Shown in pieces: positions 45,521-56,241 of a stretch of DNA of 64,000 nucleotides. A model generated the notes under the pieces. It ran no database searches. It saw only the letters and a list, made by a program, of their open reading frames with translations, and was not told where the DNA came from. How positions within the stretch are numbered: the first letter of the stretch is position 1; every line of letters begins with the position of its first letter. The DNA is from Gracilinanus agilis (taxonomy: Eukaryota): positions 23,997,168 through 24,061,167 of the forward strand of contig NC_058132.1 in assembly GCF_016433145.1 (NCBI RefSeq), read 5' to 3'. The position numbers and the translations under genes were made by a program.

Positions 45521-46319
45521 TCTCCAACAGCCTATTGTTTGTCCTTCGATTTTGAAGAGGACCGATGACTTCACATTGACTAGCCTGTGAAGAGCATTTA
45601 AGTAAGGCAGAGTCTTCCAAGTCTAGTGGCAAGACAAAAGCCAAGATGACAGGTGATGGCCCAGGATGCAGTGGATGATCTTAGCATCTTCAATGTCTAA
45701 CTAAACTCTAAGCACTCCACAGTGTCCACTTCAGACACATTTATGGCTGTTAGAATAACTTATTCTTGTCTGTTCATTCCTTGGATTGAAGTCTTCAAAT
45801 GCTTGGGCTAAACTCACTTCCATCTGGAGTGTGGTCTATGTGTAGACTTCTTGGAGCCCTAGGTAAGTGGTGGGTGAAAGGTGACCACCAAAAGTGGATG
45901 AGCAGCCCCGAAAAGGACTTGGCAAGCCCTTATACTGGAGGTGCAATCCTCCCCGAACAGCCAATACACCCCACAAATTGCTTTTTAGGTATCTGGAAAT
46001 GGAAATACCATAAATATCTTAAATATTTCCCCTCAAAACTTACCCTTCTTCCTAACTTCTCTTTTGTCATCCAGGGTGCCACTATCCTCCAAGTCACCCA
46101 GGCTCAAAATCCAAGTATCAGTCTGAACTTATTCTCTCTCACTAACCTGTCCCCATATCCAGTCTGTTGCTAAGGCCTGTTGATTTTACTTTTGTACTAT
46201 TTCTTGTATTTGTTTCTCTCTTCTGATTCTGCCCCCACTCTGGTGCAGGCCCTCATCACTTCACCTTTGAACTATTGCAACAGCTGCTGGTGAATCCACC
46301 TGCCACAAGTTCCATATTA

Positions 46320-47970
46320 GTCATTTTGTGGAAGAGATCTAGAAAAATCCCTCCCAAAAGAAAGTAAAATATAGTATGTTTTGGTCTGCATTCAGACTAC
46401 ATCAGTTCTTTCTCTGGAGGCAGATGGTATTTTTCATCATGAGTCTTTGGGATTGTCTTGGATCAGTGCATTGCTGAGAATAACTAGGTCATTCACAGTT
46501 GTTCATCATTCAATATTGATGTTACTTTGTACAATGTTCTTCCGGTTCTGTTCATTTCATTTTGTATCAGTTCACATAAGTCTTTCCAGACTTTTCTGAA
46601 ATCATCCTGCTCATCATTTCTTACAGCACAATAATACTCCATCACAATCCTATGACACTACTCATTCTCCAATTGATGGACATCTCTCAGGTTTTAATTC
46701 TTCGTCACTACAAAAAAGAACTGCTACAAATATTTTTATATAAATATGTCCTTTTCGTTTAAAAAAATCTCTCTGGGATATAGACCTCATAATGGCATTG
46801 CTGGATGGGTATGTGCTGGGTATGCACAGCTTTAGAGTCCTTTGGGCAGAATTCCAAATTGCTTTCCAGAATGGTTGCACCCAATCACAACTCTACCAGC
46901 AGTCCGTTACTGTCCCAGTTTTCTCATATCCCCTCCTACATCTATCATTTTCCTTTTCCATTATATTGGCCAACCTGATAGGTATAAGGTGGTACTTCAG
47001 GGTTGTTTTAATTTGTATTTATCTAATCAAGAATGATTTAGAACATTTTTATATGACTATAAATAGTCTCAATTTCTTCATCTGAAAACTGTTTGTTCAT
47101 ATTTTTTGATTATTGGAGAATGACTTATATTTTTATAAATTCGGTTCAGTTCTTTATATTTTTGAGAAATGAGACCTTTATCAGAGATACTTGCTGTAAA
47201 AACATCTCCCCTCCCTTTCTGCTTTCCTTCTAATCGTGGCTGCATTTGTTTTGTTTGTTCAAAATCTTTTAAATTTAACATAGTCAAAGTTATCCATTTT
47301 CTGTCCTGTAGTGGTCTCTGTTTCTTGTTTTGTCATAAGTTCTTCCTTTATCCATAGATCTGACCAGCAAACTATTCCAAGCTCCTCTATTCCAAGTGCA
47401 TGGTATCACCCTACATGTCTAAATCATGTACCCATGTTGACCCTATCTTGTTATATGGTCCCAGATGTTAGTTTATCCCCAGACTCTAACATACAGTTTT
47501 CTGGTTTTTCCTACAGTTTTTGTCAAAAAGTGAGTTCTTGCTCTCAAATTTTGGATCTTTTGATTTATCACCCATTAAATTACTATGGTCATTTATTACT
47601 AGGTTTTGTATACTTAATCTTTCCATTGATCTATGACTCTATTTCTTCCCCAAAACCACATTGTTTTGGTGATTATTGCTTTGAAATATAATAAAACAGT
47701 CTGGCACTGTTAGGCTACCTTCCTTCACATTTTTTCATTGATTCCCTTCATATTCTTGACCTTATTCTTCCAGGTGAATTTTGTTATTTTTTCTAGCACC
47801 ATTAAATAATTTTTGGGCAGTTTGACTGGTATAGCACTAAATAAGTAGATCGATTTAGGCAAAATTGTCATCTTTTATTATATTGGCTTGACCCACCCAT
47901 GAGCAATTAATATTTTTCCAATGTCTAATCTGACTTTATTTGTATGAAAAATATTTTGTAATTGTGTTCA
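46320..47970 (-). mobile_element. LINE-1 3' fragment (degenerate ORF2 C-terminus)
   Basis: Minus-strand peptide QPFWKAIW...IFVAVLF...CPSIGE resembles the L1 ORF2 C-terminus; T-rich plus strand; many stops. Confidence 0.85.
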
Positions 47971-49315
47971 TAAAACCTTTATCTGTGTGACCCTGGGCAA
48001 ACCACTTCACCTCTGTCAGCCTCAATTTCCTCATCTGTAAGATGGGGATATAATAATGGCACCTCTTTTCCAGGGTTGTTGTGACCATCAAATGGAATTC
48101 ATATCTGCAGAGACCTGTAGAAAGTAAAAAAAAATGTAGGAGAGCGTAGACATCGGCAGATGGAGGAAGGGATAGTCCGTAGAGTTTGTGGGGAGTCTAG
48201 GAAGGTAGGTAGCAGGAGATGGTGGAGGGCGTTGGACTTCAGAAGAGACAGCAAAAACTCGGGGGGCAGTAAGATGGTGAGCAGAAGAGTGTGATAGGAC
48301 TGACTTGAGGTTTTAGAATTGGGGTTAGACCTGGGAAGACAACTTAGGGATCACCATGTTTAACCTCTTCTTTTTCTAGGATAGGAAACTGAGGCTCAAA
48401 AGGGGTTGGAGTTGACTTGCCACCGTTGGTCAGTAAAGGCAGAGCCAGGATTCCAGCTGGAGTCTGCGTTCTCTAAAGGTGTCTCCCTTTTTCACAATAG
48501 CGAGGTGCTTGGCCAGAGCTGTGTGGGACTCTAGGACCCAGAGAATGTCGGGCTAGGAGAATCCTAGAACCTTCTCTCCTGGATCATCGTCAGAGAGGAA
48601 GGGGGAGTGGAGTGGGTGATCGCCACTCTAGATTCAGGCGATATAGTCGCAGGGGGCATAGAATCGAATCACAAGCTTTGAAACCAACTGCAAAAGATGC
48701 CTTTAGTAACTTTGCCTTTCTCTGACCGAATTAGAAGAAGCAGTGTGATTGGCTGAACAAACAAATTAGCCACACCCCTGGGGACTTTAAATTCAGAGAG
48801 AGAGGGCGAGGGAGAGACAGACAGATAGACAGACAGACTGACTCTTGCAGGGATAGAGGAATGGATGGAGGTAATTTTTCTCTCTTTTATCCCCCCTTCC
48901 AACTAAATATATCTAGAGGCTACTGGCCCAGAGGGCATCCCATCCAGGAGTTCAGGAAATCATTGAGTCAAGAGAACTTTAGGCACAATGAAAGGAGGGA
49001 GCAGAAGATATACACTTCAGATGGAGAATGATACATACTAATAGCCATCTGAGGAAGCGTGCAGTCTCCAGAGGCCTGACCTTTTGCAATTAGAATTAGG
49101 CTACGAAGAGAAGACCCTGGAATCCCAGCAGATCTCAGTGCTGAAGGAAAGGATCTCCAAGCCCTTCCATACCCAGAGATGTGAGTTGCCTTTGCCTCAC
49201 TAACCATTGAATGCTCTGAATCTGAGCCCACTTCCCCCCATGGATGCTGGGTGTGCCTTTATGGGCGAATGTGTCCCAGGTTTGTGGTGGGAGATGTTTT
49301 GTAGCAATTATTCTT

Positions 49316-49536
49316 TTCTTTTTCTTTTTCTTTTTTTTTTTTTAAACACTCACCTTCCATCTTGGAGTCAATACTGTGTATTGGCTCCAAGGCAGAAGAG
49401 TGGTAAGGGCTGGGAAATGGGGGTCAAGTGACTTGCCCAGGGTCACACAGCTGGGAAGTATCTGAGGCCAGACTTGAACCCAGGACCTCCCATCTCTAGG
49501 CCTGGCTCTCCATTCACTGAGCTACCCAGCTGTCCC
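49316..49536 (-). mobile_element. Full-length SINE1_Mdo-like SINE with TSD
   Basis: 16-bp TSD tgtagcaattattctt / tgtagcaaccattctt. Confidence 0.85.
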
Positions 49537-50899
49537 TGTAGCAACCATTCTTAACCGTATCACCTTAGTAAAGGCCTTTGCTAAGAACTCATTATGCCTA
49601 CTGCTGATGGCTAATGAGAAACTCGATGGTGAGCACAGAACCTAGGGAGATCCCTAGAACTCACCTTAGCAGCTGGGACCTGGCCTGTGAATACAAGTTG
49701 TAAATACAAGAGGCACAGGGGTGGGGCTCATTCATGTTCTACACAATCACAAACTATCTGGGCATCTTAGATCCTTGGGCATTATGTCTTGGCTAACCCT
49801 CTCATTTGAGAGCATGAAATAAGTCCAGAGAAAGGAAGAAGCCTGCCTTAAGTCACAAGAGCAAGTCAGGAGTAGAAGTGGACCTTGATTCCCAGGTTGA
49901 TTTCAGTGCTAGGATTCTTGACTATGTCTATTTTCCCCCAGCCCACATTTGGATCAGCTGTCTTCCAGGAAGAAACCTTTCTATACAAGCTAGGAATGCC
50001 ACTTGTCTCTGTATTCTGGGAACACTGGGAGCCTCCCTTTGAATTTGGGGGTAGAAAGAGCCTTGAACTGGGATGGAAAAAGTCTTCCCTGCCTCTGAGC
50101 CAAGAAAACCCAGAATTCCAGAGCCAGCTGTGCTAGGCTGTTAGCCTGTCAATCAATAAGCATTTACTGATTGTTTGGGCTCCCTCCAAAAGGGCAAAAA
50201 CTCAGGTACTGTGCTCAAGCAGCTCCCATTCCAATAGGTGAGATGATATCCAAAACAATTTGGACATCCATATGGATTAATCCAAAAGAAAGACATTGGG
50301 GTGGGGAGCAGAGGGCAGAAAGGCTTTCCTGAAGACAATGGGATTGGACTTGACTTGAAGGAAGTCAGGGAAATGGAAAGGCAGAGGTGAGGGGCAGAGG
50401 GGACAGACAGTGAATAGGCATGGAGTTTGGGCGATGACATCTCTTCTGCACGAAGTAGCACGGAAGGTTGGTGCCACTGGATTGTGGAATACAAGGAGAA
50501 GAGTAAAGAATAAGATGACTAGCAAGGGAAGGGGGGGCAGCTTGTAGGATGAAGGGCTTTTGTATTTGATGCTGGAGGTGATAGGGAAGCCTGGATTTTA
50601 TGGAGGAGGGGAAGGGTGACAGGGTCAGACTTGTATTTTTTGGAAACTTTTGCAGCTCTGTGTGGAGGATCAGTTGGAGCAGAGGAACCCAAGAGACCTT
50701 GTCTTTTAGTATGGAATGAAGGGACCCTTGAGATGTGGGGATAACCTCGGGCTACTATAATGGTCAAGATATGAGGGAATGAAGAAGGCCTGCACCAGGA
50801 TGATGGCAGGTTGGAGGAGAGAAGGCAGGGATATATGAGAAATGTGAAGGTAGATGTGAAAAGATGAGAAAGGGATTGGGGTCGGCGGAGAGGTTTGTT

Positions 50900-51360
50900 T
50901 TCACCCTTCCTTTTCAGAAAGGACCAGAAAGTGACATCGAGGGGTGATGACTCAGCTTGCTCATGAGTTGGAGTTAAGTGTGGCAGAGTTGTACAAAGTC
51001 ATCAGCCCCGCTCACTCTTCTGGAGTCATGGAAGTCTAGTGGCAAGACAAAAGTCAGGACAATTGGTGATGTCTTGGGATGCAGTGGATGAGCCTGGTGT
51101 CTTCAATGTCTGGCCAGGCTCTAGGCACTCCACAGTGTTCGATTCGGCCACTTTCACGGCTATTGGAACAAACTGAGGGGAAGTCTTCACACTCGAGGGG
51201 TAACCTTCTCCCCGACTCACAGATGGGTTTGAGGCCTGTCAGTGACCCTCAACCTAGTTTTAGTCCATCTGCCAAGATGGGGTATGGCTGCTGCCCATGC
51301 TATAGCTACTTGGTGCCACAGGTAAGAGTTGGGTAACGTGTGGATGAGATGGATGGGCAG
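50900..51360. mobile_element. Marsupial RTE-related interspersed repeat
   Basis: Shares blocks (agaggacc..tgacatc, gagttg..caaagtcatcagc, gtctagtggcaagacaaaag) with copies at about 7655-7960, 14555-14700 and 45537-45970. Family name uncertain. Confidence 0.65.
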
Positions 51361-51435
51361 CCCTGAAAAAGACCAGAAGTACTGGTCATCCCTGAACATT
51401 CCATACACCTTGGAAGAGAGAGTTTGAGTAAGGTG

Positions 51436-51686
51436 TAGACGTCATGACATTGAGGTTCTGAGCATAATGATGGGAAGGGTAATTGGGAAGAGAGGAGTCC
51501 TGTTTGGGGACATGTGGAGTTCCATATGTTTTACTCCAGTTTGAGATAAAGCTGGAGATGCCCAGCTGCTGTAGCTCAGGGGAAGAGGTCCTCCTTTCCA
51601 TAAGGTAGATCCCAACTTGCTTCTAGTAAATCCTTGCTTATGCATATCAAATTCCTGCTGATATATAGAACTGGGAATCATCAACA
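51436..51686. mobile_element. Possible solo LTR fragment
   Basis: TG...CA ends and an internal AGTAAA; no TSD found. Confidence 0.25.
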
Positions 51687-53249
51687 GAGAGATGATGTGT
51701 AACCTTGTATATATCTTTCCTCCTTTGTTTCCCTCAGTTTCCCCCTCTGTAAAATGGAAAAGGCTATATGGGATTAATCAGTAAAACAATAAATCCATCA
51801 ACAACCATTTATCAAGTGCTGACCATGGTACCAGGCACCATGGAAGGCACTTGGAATCCATCAATAGAAATGAACAGCTTCTGCCCTCAAAGTGCTTATT
51901 GTCATCTGCAGAAACAACCTGGACCAAAGAAGTCTAGAGGTAGAAGGGACCTCAGAGGTCAAATCACCCAATCATAATCTCATTTTATAGATGAGGAAAT
52001 TTAAGGCCCAACAAGGGCAATTATTTGGACTATGCAAGATTAAATAGGTAGTAGCAGTAATACTGTCACTGGGATATGCACCCAGGTTCTCTAGGATTCT
52101 CCAGAACCAGTGTTTACCCAAAAATAAATACAGGCATCTCTTCCACATTTCAGGGGTTAAGTCCTTTTGCATCAGAGAAGAAGTCTGATTTTTTTTCTTT
52201 TTCTTTTATGGGATGTTTACAGTATCTTATTGTAAATTTGGGTTAAGTATTTGGCTATATGTAGGTCAATGTGAAGCTATCACTACATTTCTAGCCTTTA
52301 TGTGTCCTTTTTCATTCATTTTACAAACTTTAACTTTTTACTTATTTTAACTTTAAAAAAGAAATTGTGTATATTTATGGCATGAAAAGATAAAATATGC
52401 TGATATTATATAATATTATACATATATCTTAAGCATTTCTGATTTTCTAAATTTTTTCTATGTTGCTGCAAAATTCCCATTTAATTTCTCATGTCAATCC
52501 TCAATATATCGAAACTGGGACGGGGAAAATCCTGATGTGGAAGGGATACTTGTATATGTCTTTCCTTCAAATTTGTGACTGCATCCTGCCTTGGAGAACA
52601 GTGGCCATGCCTTCCACCCATGAAGATGAACACATGTTCTGAAATCATCATCTTAGGATCTTCTTAGGTACTGAGGTGATTTGCCCTGGTCAGTCAATAA
52701 ACATTTATTAGGGGGCAGCTGGGTAGCTCAGTGGATTGAGAGCCAGTCCTAGAGTCGGAAGGTCCTGCCTTCAAATATGACCTCAGACATTTCCTAGCTG
52801 TGTGACCCTGGGCAAGTCACTTAACCCCTGCACTGCCTAGCCCTTGTCCTTCTTAGAGTTGTTACTAAGACAGAAAGAAAGGGTTTTAGGGAAAAAATAA
52901 ACAGAGAGCAAGGAACTGAGAGGATGCCCCCTAGGTTGTGAGTCTGGGGGACTTGTCCATATAGGGAAGTTTGGAGGAGGGTCTTGACTTTGTTTCTATA
53001 TACAATTTCTGGTGGCCTGGGACACGGGCCTCCCTTGGGAGGTAGCACTGGAACTGATCCAAGGCGTGAAGGGGAGGAAGGAGCACATTTCCAGAGATGG
53101 GAGATGGATCACAGCACGTAGGAGTACAGCCAGGTTCTCCTGGAATGCAGTGTTAGAAAAAGAGTCCTGTAGGAAGAAGGCTGTAAACTTGGAGCGCCAG
53201 ATTAGGAAATCTAATTGAATCTGTTCTAGGTGATGTTGGAGCTGATAGG

Positions 53250-54300
53250 GAGCCACCGCGGTTCTTGAGGCCGAGAGGGGCAGGGCTGTGTTTCGGAAGT
53301 ATCACTTCGGGAGTTTGCTCGGGTGTGTAAGGAGGATCCTCGGGCCTGTGACAGTAGTTGGGACGGAGGGGCTCAATGCCTTCCAGTTTTAAGGCTCCTC
53401 CGTCCCGGCTTGGTCTGGAAGGGAACCCTTTGTACCGAGCTCTCAGCCTCCAGTCCCGGCATCGCAGCGATTCGGGTAGCAACCCTGGGACCGTCGGACT
53501 AGCTCCCGTAGACCTGCCCCGCTCCTGGTCTAACTGGCACCAGAGTGACCAATCAACGGCAGAGACGGGCATACAGTCTGCACAGTCGGAGGACCTCGGA
53601 CGGCTCGGTTCTCCAGATTGGCAGTCCTTTTGGCAAATGAGAAGAGAGCACGGTAGGCCGCAGGAGTGGGGGCGGGGAGGGAAAAGCTTGAGCAAACCGC
53701 GTCTGCGCAGTGAGAGAATCCAGTTGCCAAGCTGGGTGGATGGAGGTTTCTTGGGACGGGCAGAAAAGCTCACCAATAGAACTCCCGCAAGTCAAAGCGC
53801 TGGGACCAATGGAAAGAGAGCAATAGGGGAAGCGAGACTGACGGAAAAGCCTACCGGAACTCCCCCTTTTCTCTGGGTTCACCCAAGAGGCCTGCCTAGA
53901 GGCCGGACTTAGTTAGACGGGCTTTCAAGTTAGCCAATAGAAATCTGGTATGACGCACGTTCCTTGCCAATAAAAACCAAGTTCGGCGGGGGGTAGGCTT
54001 TCTCTGTATAGGCGGCCGCGGCGACCAATGACCCTCTGGAAGTTGGCGCCCTTTGGCCAATGAGAAGCTGGTGCAGGTTGCTGAGGGGCGGGGCTCGGAG
54101 GGCGGCAGTTGAACGGCGGACGGAGAGGCGGGTGACGCTGAGGGTCCGAGTGTTGGGGGCTGAGGGGCGCTGGGTGGGAGCGGGCCGCGGGGGTTCCGAG
54201 GGGCTGAAGTGGTGCAGTTCGGGTTGGTTTCCTCGGGCTCGGGAGGGAGGACGATCCAAGAGGAGGGCGTGATGGGGTAGCCAGCCGCCCGTATAGCAGG
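53250..54300 (+). promoter_or_regulatory. CCDC61 CpG-island promoter with 8 CCAAT boxes; non-coding exon 1 lies here (boundaries not resolved)
   Basis: CCAAT/ATTGG at 53549, 53617, 53773, 53806, 53934, 53967, 54025 and 54057; GC box near 54085; TGACG at 53951. Confidence 0.75.
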
Positions 54301-54670
54301 ACCCGGCTTCTCTATAGCAGGTCCTTGCTTTTGTGAATTCTATCTTCTGGATGCTGTCTCGCCGCATCCATATAGCAGGTCCCAGCTAATGTTTCAGCAG
54401 GGCTCCCTAGTAGGCCCTAACTCACTAATAACAGGCCCCAGCTTACTTGTAGTAGATCCCTGTTTATGAATTGTTAATATTACCATTCTTACTTCCTCTT
54501 GTAAGTCCTCTCTCCTTATGTGTATGTGTCATAGCCCTGCTTCTGCGTAGCAGGCCCTCCTTTCTGTATAGTAGACCCTAACTCACTTATAGTAGGTCTC
54601 TGCTTATGTATACTAAATTCCAGCTTCTGTATAGCAGCTGATCCTCCTGTAGAGTAGGACCATTAGCTTA
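54291..54670. repeat. Degenerate tandem repeat with a unit of about 21 bp (TATAGCAGGTCCCAGCTTCTG-like)
   Basis: Recurring tatagcagg/tatagtagg cores at about 21-nt spacing, in two runs. Confidence 0.65.
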
Positions 54671-55829
54671 CTAGAAGCAGCTAGATGACTCTGTAGATAA
54701 AAAGCTGGACCTGGAATCAAGACCCAAGTTCAAATCCAACCTCAATTTATTGGCTGTGTGACCCCAGACAAGTCACTTAACTTCTGCCTGCCTCAGTATC
54801 CTCCCCTGTATAATGAGATAATGATAGCATTTACCTCCTGGGTTTTTCTGAGGATAAGAATTAATATTTGTTAAAGCCCTTTGCAGATCTTAAAGAGATA
54901 TAGTTGATAGCTATTTTTTATTATCATTATGGTTCAAAGTGGAGGTCTCTTAGTTCTGCCTCCCTTGCCCCAGCCATGTGTCTCTTCATTCCTTCCTCTG
55001 TTTCTGCCTCTTGCTTTTTGCTCTCTGCCTCTGTATATTTCCTGTGATCACTCCTCCTTGGATTAGATGGGCTAGAATATTGGGATTTCAGAATATTGGA
55101 ACATCTGAAATTACATGGAATTCTGGGAAGAAAGGAGACAAATAACAGCTAAAAAGGAGAGGGAGATAACAAAGGAAGCAACAAAGAATAGACAAAGACA
55201 GATGCCTATATGGCCAGAATATAGAATAAAAAGATAGAAGGACAAAAACTGAAGGAAAGAGGCTCACTGTGCACAAAGGAGAGGAATAAGAGTCTTAAAT
55301 CTTCCCTCTCTTTGGAAGGCAGAGGAAATTAGAGAAAGAAGGATAAGAGCTGGAAAAGCCTGGAAAGTCTCGTCCAATTCCCTGATTTTTGCAATGGGGA
55401 ACCAGGCCCAGCAAGAGAACATGCCAGCGTTCCATGGTCTTCATTCTCTACCAACTCTGACCTTCTGTTCCATGTTCTCAGTATGTCTTTAGTCTTGACA
55501 TTCTGCATTCTCTTCTCTGCTTTGGCTAGTAATAATGATGATTGCAATAGTTGGTATGAATGGCACTTCAAGGTTTGCAGAGAACTTTACAAATATTATT
55601 TCATTTGATCCTCAGGACAGGTACTATGATTATCCCTATTTTTCAGAAGCATAGGTTAAGTGATTGGCCCAGGTCATATAGCCGGTAAGTGTCTGAGGTT
55701 GGATTTGAACTCTAGTCTTCTGACCCCATGCCTGGTTCTCTGGGTGCTCTGAGTGCTCTGGTATTCCCTGTCTGCCTTTGTGTAGCACTTTGCTCTCAGT
55801 CCCTTCTAGCCTCTACATCTTCTAAGAAT

Positions 55830-56085
55830 CTTTCCCTCTCTGACATTCTCTGTTCTAAGACCCCTCCCCCTGACATTCACTGTTCTAAGGCTCCTGCCCC
55901 TCCCACATTCCCTGTTCTAAGACCCCTCCCAACCCTCCCATTCCCTGTTCTAAGGCCCCTCCCAGTCCCCCATTCCCTGTTCTAAGACCCCTCCCAGCCC
56001 CCATTCCCTGTTCTAAGGCCCCTTCCAGCCCCCCATTCCCTGTTCTAAGGCTCCTCCCAGCCTCCCATTTCCTGTTCTAAGGCCT
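55830..56085. repeat. 30-33-bp minisatellite, 8 copies, upstream of the first CCDC61 coding exon
   Basis: tgttctaag recurs at 55851, 55881, 55913, 55946, 55979, 56009, 56041 and 56073. Confidence 0.9.
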
Positions 56086-56241
56086 CTCTGCCCTCCCTTT
56101 TTTTTTTTTTTTTTTTTGCTCCCTGCCATTCTGAGCCCCAGGGGCAGCAGGAAGCTCTGACATCCCGTGCCTGAGAGCTCAGTCTCTCATACTCTTCCTT
56201 GATGCCCAGCCTCCTTTGCTCCTTTGCTAGGTCAGATCAGC

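Noticed and set aside
53153-53912. ORFs of 207 and 184 aa upstream of CCDC61
   Set aside because: CpG-island shadow ORFs with no recognisable protein; a divergent non-coding RNA is not excluded.
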